Assembly (NCBI RefSeq): GCF_000002075.1 | Contig: NW_004798452.1 | Location: 91,226 to 155,225, forward strand | Length of the DNA: 64,000 nt | DNA from: Aplysia californica | Lineage: Eukaryota | Direction: 5' to 3' | In this document: positions 54,901 through 64,000 of the stretch, in pieces | How the letters are laid out: every line of letters starts with the position of its first letter | Position numbering within the stretch: position 1 is the stretch's first letter | Notes under the pieces: model-generated | Told to the model about the DNA's origin: nothing | Seen by the model: the letters and a program-made list of their open reading frames with translations, nothing else | Databases searched by the model: none | Translations under genes and position numbers: made by a program

Positions 54901-56922
54901 ACGTCCCATCTGTCATTCAACTTACAAGAACCAGCTGGAGAAGGATGAGACCAAACGCCCAGACATCAGACTTGGGCCCAGAAAGCGGCTGGACGCAGTG
55001 TCCAGTTTCTTCATCCACCCTGACGGGACCAGAACACAGCACCTCTGGGGCCATGTAGCGAGGTAGTCTAAAGGAAACAGAATACACCAGTAGTTTGATC
55101 ATCCATGTTGTGTGCACGTGAGTGTACGTATGAGTGTGGGTATGTGTGTGTGTGCGTGTGTGAGTGTGAGTGTGTGTGTGTGGGGGGGGGGGGGGGGGAG
55201 ATTACAATATAGTGAGACAGTCTAAAACACAGAGAACTTCAATACAACATTACAAAGAAACCAAGGCAAGTTGTATTGATAGTAAAGCAATAAAATCTTA
55301 TCTCAGTTAAGGAAAGAAAAGAATCATCAAAAGGAAAGAAGTCCTTTGTTATTCTGCCACATTAACAGTAACAACAAAAAACAGCCTTAATAAAAAGTTC
55401 TACACATTGTCCTGAACTCACCCAATTGGAAAAGAGACATCGGCTCCGTAATCAGTCATGTAATAGAGCCCATGCTCTGACAGCTTTACATTTTTCTGCA
55501 AAAAAAAATAAAAAATACAGGAAAAATGAGCATATCTAAACCTCAGCTTGAGATATTTTGAACCTCTGTCAAGGACAGGAAGGGTATTTATAGATGTACA
55601 CAGTGTTTGTACATCATGTAAAAATAAATTGTTCAAACGAACTGCCTCACAACTGTACAAGGAATTTGTTGAAAAAAAAAATCATTTATTCAGAGCGTCC
55701 ATAAGTAAGTAAATAACTCACAAAAGAAAAATAAAGAGCATTTATATTCTTGTCCATGAACATGTGATCGTGAACACCCACAAACCCCCATCATTTCGGT
55801 GACTGACCTCGACATCCAGCAGAACATGTTCCACACTAAGGTTCCGGTGAACAACGCCGTTGTTATGGAGATAGCACAATCCTTCCAGCAGCTGGTAGCC
55901 CACACGCACAATCTCAGACTCCCTGGTAACAACAGTGGGCCAAAATGAAAAACTTCAGCAAAAATCAGAACACAGCAATAAACAACACACTATCTTTTTT
56001 CTTTTTTTTTGACGAATGAAGAACGGACCAGGGTAGAACGGACCTTAGTGACATAGTCTTTTCCCAAGGGATAAAATACTTCCTTGAAATTTCCACCCCA
56101 GCAAAAGTCAACACTACATGCTACAATAAATCAAATGTTTTATAGTCCGACTACTGTATTTATAATTGTGGAACGTAATCTCAAGTGACATTATAGAGAC
56201 TATGCTAAGCTACGAGAAATCAGGACATACGTTTCTATATTCCCACAAGTGAAAACTTACCCGATACTTCCCTCTTTCTTTATCAACTCCTTGAGCGAGG
56301 AGCTGTGGTGCTCTGACACAACCAGCATGCATTCTGACAAGAGAAGATAACAATCAATATAAAGTAATTTCACCAAAATTTAAAATGTACACAATGTGTG
56401 GGAGGAGGGCGAGGACTAAAAAAAACAACAACATATTTGACACTTGACATGTCATTAAGTGTGACACTCTGTAAAAGGGTTGTCGACTTTATTTCCATTA
56501 CATTTTACATGAATAAAATAAGACTATATTTCTCAATTCTCCAGCATTCTTAACGGCAGCCTGTTTGATTATAACAAGTATAAACTTGGGAGGGAGAGGT
56601 TTTATGAAAAGCTGTGGAGGAGTCAAAAAGATTTTATCACTTTAATATATACAGATAGTCAAACAGGTTGAGTTGTATCGTCAAGAAAACAGTAAAAACA
56701 AACAGTCAACAAGAACAGGCACAGCCTACCATGTTTTGTCTTGCTGATGTCCAAATACTGACAAAGCCTTGGGTGAGACAGCGTCTTCAGGAACTGGAAA
56801 CGACCCAAGATCTTCACAGAGTTTGGTGTCAACGGTAGTCCATTGGCTCCGCATTTGTCATTGGGGTGAGTTGCGGCATAAAAAGTCCTGATGCCAAACC
56901 CGGCTGTCCCAAGAGCTGGCAT
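36958..56922 (-). CDS. TBCK: TBC1 domain-containing kinase-like protein (pseudokinase + TBC Rab-GAP + rhodanese), 897 aa, 24 coding exons
   Basis: Exons (minus strand): 56922-56730, 56333-56261, 55922-55808, 55495-55422, 55067-54926, 53793-53724, 53068-53013, 52036-51975, 51205-51148, 50659-50569, 49578-49440, 48246-48147, 47403-47354, 46560-46452, 45511-45377, 44359-44297, 43513-43252, 42808-42723, 42363-42327, 41452-41291, 40499-40330, 39693-39518, 38641-38482, 37068-36958; 2694 nt in frame. Motifs [65 protein letters not shown] and RISAEDL. Confidence 0.96.
38642..39517 (-). other. U12-type (minor spliceosome) GT-AG intron in TBCK rhodanese domain
   Basis: Donor GA|GTATCCTTTT. Branch site TTTTCCTGAC with the A 12 nt upstream of the 3' splice junction. 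Splicing gives SPE-D-FRRG in frame. Confidence 0.88.
39045..39222 (-). mobile_element. Abundant ~190-bp LINE-tail-like retroelement (best-preserved copy)
   Basis: Consensus GTGGTTGGCGGGTGCTCTGGTGTGG..CTCTAATCTTCTGGCGCTTATATGACCTTATGCAGTTGCGAGCGCCATAAAACC + A-rich tail. Other approximate copies: 147-290, 14491-14590(+), 15712-15890, 16895-17069, 20160-20315, 33395-33570, 33770-33870(+), 39313-39412, 43535-43700, 46625-46815, 47105-47275, 47590-47735. Confidence 0.8.
39794..40245. mobile_element. MITE with 24-bp TIR
   Basis: AAGTCTCGTGAATGATTATAATAT ... ATATTATAATCATTCACGAGACTT. Confidence 0.65.
46150..46326. mobile_element. ~175-bp MITE, three copies in TBCK introns (also ~37223-37397 and ~41489-41664)
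   Basis: TIR GTCCCCGTGGTTTTATGC / GCATAAAACSACGGGGAC; internal sequences align between copies. Confidence 0.8.
48280..48406. repeat. ~28-bp CA-rich minisatellite (also 48786-48945)
   Basis: Unit GAACACACACACAGGAACATACATACAT. Confidence 0.9.
49191..49430 (+). mobile_element. 5'-truncated copy of the tRNA-SINE at 31949
   Basis: Aligns to ~32066-32298 including the (TAT)n tail. Confidence 0.85.
52585..52790. mobile_element. ~200-bp MITE, second copy at ~10855-11052
   Basis: TIR AAAATGAGTTACTTCTCG / CGASAAGTAACTCRTTT; the two copies align. Confidence 0.65.
53842..54179 (-). mobile_element. Solo-LTR-like element in a TBCK intron
   Basis: GC-rich island in AT-rich intron. Termini TGTGATTG..CAATAACA (7/8 inverted), flanks CATAT/TATAT (4/5 direct repeat), TATAAA on the minus strand at ~54064-54069. 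Confidence 0.55.
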
Positions 56923-57106
56923 ATTCTCAGGCGGATCTTTGCCTTCAACTGGAAAGGGAGGCATTTGACACCATACCATGAATCATTTAGAACAGATTTA
57001 GTTTGCAGACTAAACTGGAATGATCTCTTACCTCCAAAAATCTTAGTAAAATTTGACATTGAAACAATCCATCGGTTTCATTATCACCCCTCTTTAATAA
57101 TCATTG

Positions 57107-57636
57107 TGTGGCGACTAACCTTATGTGTTGTTATGTGTAGTAGGTGAGTTCATGAGTGAGAGTTCAGGGAAAGTCGCCAACCTGTTCGAGTGAGTGTACG
57201 AATGTCATGTCTCGTCAGTTGTGATCCCACGCAAAAGCAAATTGGGCCTCTGTTTGTGCGAACCACACGGAAGGACAAGAAATCCAGAACGTAGGAAGTT
57301 TGAGTGCTACATTTTCGATTGCCATGATTGTGAGAAACGTATCGCCTTTACTAGATTCTAGGTTATGCTAAATTAAATCTAGATCTCTAGACAAGGTTAC
57401 CTTAGATCATGTCGGGGTCACCAATGTAGCATAACATGTCCTTTCGTTTAGCAAAATATTAGAACGCGTAGAAAGACAGCGAGCATAAATCCTGTTGTCA
57501 CATGAAGCGAGATACACACATAAGGCCTCAGGACGAGACATGACATTCGCACACTCACTAGAACAGGTTGGCGACCTTCCCTGAACTCTCACTCATGAAC
57601 TCACGTACTACACATAACAACACGTTAGTCGCCACA
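57107..57636. mobile_element. Ginger-like MITE with ~110-bp TIRs in TBCK first intron
   Basis: TGTGGCGACTAAC ... GTTAGTCGCCACA termini (TGT..ACA); arms 57107-57216 and ~57532-57636; 4-bp TSD ATTG (57103-06 / 57637-40). Confidence 0.8.
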
Positions 57637-58101
57637 ATTGGGTTAAAAACACAGGAGCCCCAATCAACTTTACTAAAGAAATTATAAGAGAAAGAAAGTA
57701 CCCTCCAACCCCCGGCCCCTTTCCACTTGCACAGACAAAAGGAGAAATAATTTAAAAGGACAATACATCATTTGAAATAATAAAACATATAGATCTAAAT
57801 ATAAGGCGCAGCCTATCATTTCTTGCTTTAACTTTAAAATTTTAACACTAAACAATGTAAAATTGAGAAAAGAGCAGATGTCTTTGTGTAATGGAAAAAG
57901 AGTAAGGCACAATAAACGCAAGAGCCAATAAATTATTGTTTCATTTCCCAAGCGCTTCGAGGAATCGTAGAGTAAGGGGGGAGGGGGGGGGTGCATCTTC
58001 GTTTTTCCAACCAATGGCTCGTTTTCCAATTGTCAGTTCATCATCAGTCACCACCACACAGACACAACAGTGGTCAACTTCTTATGTTTTGTTTTGCTTA
58101 C

Positions 58102-58740
58102 CAAACTAGCTTACAGATCCGACATCATAACTGAATCAACTGCTTTCGAAAACAATGGGAGAGCTTCCATGGGTCTTTCTACGTTTCCGACATAAATATA
58201 ATCCAAGGGACAGTTCAAAAGGGGTGTGTTGCTGATGATGAAGGAACTGAATTGACAATTGGTCAATACTCAATTGGTTTGTTTTGTGGCAGAAAGGTAT
58301 ATTTTTTAACATACCAGTTGCGCTTTCATCAAGAACGACTACTCTGGACAACAAAAGGGCGATTGCATGGCAAGACATCAACAAAAATTGGTCCGGTCAG
58401 ACTAGCACCAGCTGGAGCTAGTTTTACGAGTATGTCAAATGCAATTTAACTTGCATATAACATAGATTTAGATCTTGAACCAAGAGTCCTCACTTTTCAA
58501 AAATGAATTGTACATCAAATGTGATTTTTCTGTTGTCGGCCTGAGATGCTGTCATTGCAGAGCAGAGAGGAGAGGACTGCAACTGCAGGCCAGCGCGACC
58601 TTTTTTGGTTTTAGAAGGCCTCCTTACTAAATTTAGAGATCTAAAGAACAGGGGCAGCTTTTTCATCGTGTTAATTTGCACTACTTTTCTAATTCTAAGA
58701 CAGTATGGTCTTACTTCAGTGCTGTGGTTTTCTCTGAAAG
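58102..58740. promoter_or_regulatory. Putative bidirectional promoter and 5'UTR exons of TBCK (-) and AIMP1 (+)
   Basis: Both first coding exons have acceptors just upstream of the ATG (TBCK at 56948, AIMP1 at 60127), so non-coding first exons must lie between the genes. Candidate donors: minus-strand TTG|gtaagc at 58102/58101 and plus-strand AAA|gtgagc at 58739/58740. Confidence 0.5.
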
Positions 58741-60127
58741 TGAGCACATGGAGCTCTTATTGTTCAATTTCAGTCTCAATTCTCAGAACAACCTGTCCAA
58801 ACATTTTCACTTAAATTTTACTCTCTGATCTATTTACTACTTCCTTCTTCTTGGTTTGAAGTACATGAACAAACTTGAAGTCTAAGTGTGTAGTGTGTTC
58901 ATACTAACCTTTCACATGGAAGACTATCAAATTGATACACCTAACTTGTTCTTAGTACAAAAGTAAAAGTCGTCAAATTTGTTTCAAGAGTTTTACAACT
59001 CCAACAACGCCTAAGCTAGACTAGACCCAAATTAATTTTTTTTACGTCTTTGTAATTGAAGAATCAAGTCTCCATGTTCTCTACTACCCAATGATATGTT
59101 GTACCTTCTGCTGGTGTGTTGTGGGTCTGTAAATTCACCCTGCCCCGATACATGGGCCTATTTATTCTGATTGTATCTAGATTCTAGATGTGTAACAGCA
59201 GCAACACAAGTAGACAAGTTTACAAATTGAATGCACTAAACTTATTTTGTCCATGTGAAGTAAGCTTACTAAGAGAGAAGATATTCATTAATTCTTTTTA
59301 TCTCTGTACAGCTTGATTTTTGCACCGTCTTTTGATTCAATGAATATATGGCTATTGTGTCGAAAAACGTATTTCGTTTCTTGTCTGTTGCAGATGATTG
59401 CTGTACACCTGAACAGAACGTTGCAAATCTTTGGTAGATCTGCTGTTGAGTCTTTGAAGACAAATAATCTTTTGCCGACATCATCCTTTTTATGTTCAAT
59501 ACTCACTAACAGGTTAGTTTTGGAAGTTGTAATAATAGTAATATAATTCATTTAAGTTTATTGAATTACTATTGACCTCGTGGTTTTTTGTCTCCCACTA
59601 TAAATTTGCAAGCTGGTGATAATATAAGTGAAAAATTTTGGACACATAATATGATATCGCATGTAGCATGTAGTTCATCTTTAAAAAATATTGTTCAATT
59701 TTTCCTCCTTGTCTTAAAACTTTATCACTAAAGATTTTTAAACAAGTTGAAGGTTGGTAAAATTTGAGTGGGTTCTTTCTTTTCTTCTTCAGCTACATCC
59801 TACATGTTATGCATAATTTATAAATGAAATGTCGTCAGGAGTGTATGAGAATGTCACGTCCATTGAATAACTCTTTACTTCTCAAACCATTCTTATATAC
59901 GGACGTAAAAGTTAGAGTCAAACTTGCTCTAACAGCCAGCTATCAAAGACAATCACAAATGATTACTTCTTACTTCCGTCTGGGGGGTTTTTCTATACAA
60001 TAATAATGACACTGTTCAAGACATGAACTTGTTAACACAATCCTTTTTCTCCTCGGTATTGGATGACTGTCATGGACAGCATGACTGTGTGTACTTACTA
60101 TGCATTGTTTTCTTTCCGTTCCGCAGA

Positions 60128-63100
60128 ATGGCAAGCTCGGCTGACCTACAGAGGATCAAAGCTCGTTCAGAGGAAACGGATCGTATCCTGGCTGAGCTAC
60201 AGGGCCAGATAGAAGCTGTTAGAAAAGCTGCAGGTACAGTTGCTTGCTGTTGATTGTGCTGTGAAACACAGAATGTACATTGATTTAAGGAAAACCCTTT
60301 CACAGTATTTGAACTCACTCAGTCCCACCTAATGCCCTGTGAAGACACGAACCTAACTCCAGATGAAATTCACACTTTAAGAAAATGTTATGAAAGCTAC
60401 CAAACGTGATGAAAATGTGAAAAAGATAGATTATTTTTTTATACATGATTGAAGTTTAAATTCAAAATGCTGTCAATGTTTAAAAGCCTTTCCCTCATGT
60501 ATGGGGATCATTCACAAATCAGTTCTAATTTGGCTTCTCTCTTCTTCTTCCTCATCCTCTTGATTGCCTTCATTGTCAGACTCCACAAACAAATCCCCAT
60601 ATTTGTCTGAATTTTCTTTCTGTCCTCTCCGGTCTCTTTCTTTCACTGCTAAGAATATTATATGCTAACTTCCTTTATTTTGTAAGTTATGCTTTTAAAT
60701 ATTTTTTGTCAGTATTTGTTGTTGACACAACTATGATTGGATCATTAGATGAAAAAATTGATAAACTGATTTTTTTTTTTTATGTTGTTTAAGCAACACT
60801 CAATGTTTGTCAGATTTTTTGCTCACATTGCCCTGAAGCTGGCCATTGCGCCTTGTCTATTAGCATCTTTTTATAACTGGTGGATTCCCAATGTAGGCCC
60901 AGTTTAGCGCTTCGAAATAAAATGTTAATAAACTGTTTCTGGGCTCTGGCAGTTCTTTTGACCATTTACCTGATTCATATACTTTGTTACCTTCACAAAT
61001 AAATGTGTTCCTGGTTTCATCTCTTTAAAAATCAGGTCTTATAATAGCATCTTGAAATTAAATGAAATGAAAATATACAGGTTGGAGGCTTCTGTTACAG
61101 TACTATTTGCAAATTTCCTTTGAATGTAGTACATTTAAAATCAATAGACATACATTATACGAGGTACAGTGAAGTTGTAGATAAGTCTAATTGGATTGTT
61201 CTTCTCTTTCAAAATTATGCCAAAAGGTGTTAAAAAATGTGCTAGGCAGAGAGCTGCTTGTTACTGAGGTGCTGAAGTGACTGAGTTTTATAAATGAGTG
61301 CATTTGATTGAATTCCTGATGAAGTGTGTTTACTTACAATGAAATGAATTTGTCTTTATCCGCAGTGAGAGAAGCGGGTCGCGGGGAGGAAGAACAACTG
61401 GTGAAGGAGAATGAGGCCATCAGGAGAGAAGTCTTGGCTTTGAAGAAGGCTTTGGCCTTGGCTGAGATTGGAAATGGAGGTAAGCTATTTGTGATGTGTG
61501 TGTGGTGAAGGTGATATTAGTTTGAGGCGCGGGGAGTTGCAGCATACAGTGGTTTTGGGTGTGAGTTTTTGGGATGTGTATATGAACAGATGCTTGGTGT
61601 GACAATGTGTTTAAGTGAGAGGCTCTGTGGGTGTGAGGCATGTGCAAGGAGATAATACTGACAAATTGTGTATGCAAGTGAATCACCACTACATGTAAGA
61701 TACTTTTCAATGAATGGATTAAAACACTTTTCTTTGAATTTTTCATACTGATTTATTCTTTTTTTGTTGTTCAGTGCGACAGGTGAAAATGCCTACCAAA
61801 GGAGATTTGTCTTCTCTTTCGGCCTCAACTGCATCGGCACCCCCTGTCGTCAACGGCAGCTCTGCTCCTGCACCTGAGAAGAAACAGCAAGCGAAAAGTG
61901 AAAATGCAGGAAAGAAATCCAAACCAGAACAAAAGCCAGATGCTGGCGGCAAGAAGGCGAAGACTGAGAAAGGAGGGAAAGGCGGGAAGGGAGGAGCAGG
62001 AGGAGGTAAATGTCTTGTTTAAAAATCTTTTTTTTTCTGGACTTCTTGGGAGTTGTGGAATAACCTCCAGCATTGAAGAGATATTATATTTACCTCAGAC
62101 TCTCTCGTTTATGAAAATGTAAAATTTTATGAACCTAGAAGTAAAAAGTTCTTCATCAAACTTTGGAACAATTTGGATTTAGATGTTAAAATGTCTCTTT
62201 CAATTAATCACTTCAAATCAAAGTTGAAGACAATGTTTTTCAGGAAATTGTATTTATAATGCTGGAACTTTATATCTGAAATATCAGGGGAGGGGGGGGG
62301 GGGTTGTTTTTTTAAAAAATGCATGTCATAGTGGTACTGAGCTTCAGAGCTTTTTTTGTTGGTGTTGTGCCACCACGGAAATTTTGCTTCAAACAGTAGA
62401 TGAAATTGGTCATGAATGATTTTATATTTTCATGCCAAACACAAGGATTTTTTAGGTCAAGAGGAAATGTACGCAAGGTGTCCCTGTTTTTATCATCTGT
62501 GATTATGCTTTCCCTTGTTGAAGATTTCCTGTAATCGTGTTTTCCCCACCAATAGATAATCGATAATTTGAATCCTTATTTGATTCTTTTATAGAAGAAG
62601 GAAAGGCAAAGAAGGCTGGCGCAGCCTCTGGGGGAGACAATGCAGATGCTGCAGTGGACATCTCCAGACTGGACCTCCGAGTGGGCAAGATTGTGGATGT
62701 GGAGAAACACCCCGACGCCGACTCATTGTACGTGGAGCAGGTGGACCTGGGAGAGGGCAAGACAAGGACAGTGGTCAGCGGACTGGTCAAGCATGTGCCT
62801 ATCAATGCAGTGAGTGTTCTCAATTCTGAGACCGTTGTTTGTTTGTTATTATTGATAATGTTTTAACTGGTTTATATCGGCTTTCTTTCTCTGCTTTCTC
62901 CTGCTCCTGTGTTGGTGCGTTTGAGAATAATAGATCCGCTGCTCACCAAGTGCCACATCTTTAGAATAAACTTTCAACTTCTAATTAGGCATTAAAGTCA
63001 TTAGCAAATAGAGTCAGTATTTTCGATGGCCCCAAATTGGAAAATATTGTTGCTGCACTACTGTTCCTCAACCCATCAGCTCTTTTTGTGTTCCTATTTT

Positions 63101-64000
63101 AATTTTGTCATCTTTATCTTGATGTGTTTGTTTCATCTTCACCTCCTATGATTGACATACAATAATACTCTGGCTTAGGGAAGTTTATAATGTTAAGCCA
63201 CAATAAACTGGCACCTGTGATTTAGTGATTTGGTGATTAGCTGTTGCACACAGGATACATAAGTTTGATTCTCGAGTGGGGAGAGTTTTTATTGAGTATC
63301 TTGGTCTTTCTGCTGGGTTTTTGTATCACTCTCAGCTTAGGTTGGCCCTGAGAGGCATAGTTAGAAGCTGGCCTTCTAAGTGATTGAAATTGTGTCAACA
63401 GGCAGGGGCATCTTTTTTAGTCACAATGAAAACTTTGTGAGATAGATCACAGAATATTTAACTGAAGATTATTGCTTACTTTTTTTAAAAATAGAGTGGA
63501 ACCTGCTTTAGCAAATCATTTGTCCAAGACAGTCAGCTGTATGAACAACCACTTCCCACATCTCCCATTTTGCTTTTTCTATATTTTAATGACTATCTCC
63601 AAAAGAACCACCTGCCTAAAACAACCACTTTTTTCCTCAGCAACAATAGGTAATCATGTTGGAAAAGTTTGATTGTGTATTTGAAGTCTTGGTAACTTTG
63701 GAAAATGTAGGCTACAGCAAATATTTGGCATACTTAACAGGTTTTGACACTTTTTAACCACTCTTGGTTCTGTGTCTGACTGACTGTCTTAGTGTTCAGG
63801 ACTTTTTTAACCACTTTTGCTTGTATGTGTCTATTCCTGTGAGTGTAGATGAGGGAGAGGATCGCCGTGTTCATGTGTAATCTGAAGCCTGCCAAGATGA
63901 GAGGTGTGCTCTCCGAGGGCATGATCATGTGTGCCGTGGGACCAGAGAAGACAGAAATCTTGGTCCCTCCCACGGACTCCGTAATCGGTGACCGAGTGAA
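60128..64000 (+). CDS. AIMP1: Aminoacyl-tRNA synthetase complex-interacting multifunctional protein 1 (p43/pro-EMAP II), 3'-truncated by the window end
   Basis: Exons 60128-60233, 61366-61479, 61775-62005, 62595-62809 and 63849->64000. N-terminal coiled coil (..[28 protein letters not shown]), Lys/Gly linker, then the tRNA-binding OB fold [62 protein letters not shown]. Confidence 0.93.

Noticed and set aside
56923-56979. N-terminal extension of TBCK (MVWCQMPP..)
   Set aside because: The upstream ATGs lie 5' of a good acceptor (cctttccag, exon start 56948); similarity to human begins at MPALG (56922).
58605-58739. Possible N-terminal (mitochondrial-type) extension of AIMP1 from an upstream exon
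   Set aside because: Splicing 58739 to 60127 places a TGA in frame just upstream of the ATG.
60830-61000. Possible intronic snoRNA in AIMP1
   Set aside because: Only weak hairpin potential and no convincing H/ACA or C/D boxes by eye; needs an Rfam/snoReport scan.

Overview
Eukaryotic (metazoan, probably invertebrate bilaterian) draft-assembly DNA with 8 N-gaps. It holds five spliced genes that I reconstructed by hand exon by exon, checking GT-AG boundaries and reading phase. (1) A + strand extended-SDR / NAD(P)-dependent epimerase-family gene (5152-9000, 411 aa) with an N-terminal signal peptide and a C-terminal RDEL. (2) NUP54 on the - strand (26131-13344, 10 coding exons, 559 aa). (3) MED7 on the + strand (26710-31307, 5 exons, 219 aa), head-to-head with NUP54. 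(4) TBCK on the - strand (56922-36958, 24 coding exons, 897 aa), containing one U12-type intron. (5) AIMP1/p43 on the + strand (60128 to window end), head-to-head with TBCK as in human. Introns are packed with tRNA-derived SINEs, a ~190-bp LINE-tail-like repeat (>12 copies), an RTE LINE relic, a solo-LTR-like element and many MITEs, including a multi-level Mutator/piggyBac nest in NUP54 intron 1. The most interesting observations are the putative ER-luminal SDR, a retroelement insertion that duplicated a NUP54 3' splice site in frame, tandemly amplified 5' splice sites, and the minor intron. Duplications flanking exactly-100-N gaps are most likely uncollapsed haplotypes. I found no convincing large novel multi-gene system. 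Family assignments come from remembered motifs and orthologue sequences, not database searches.
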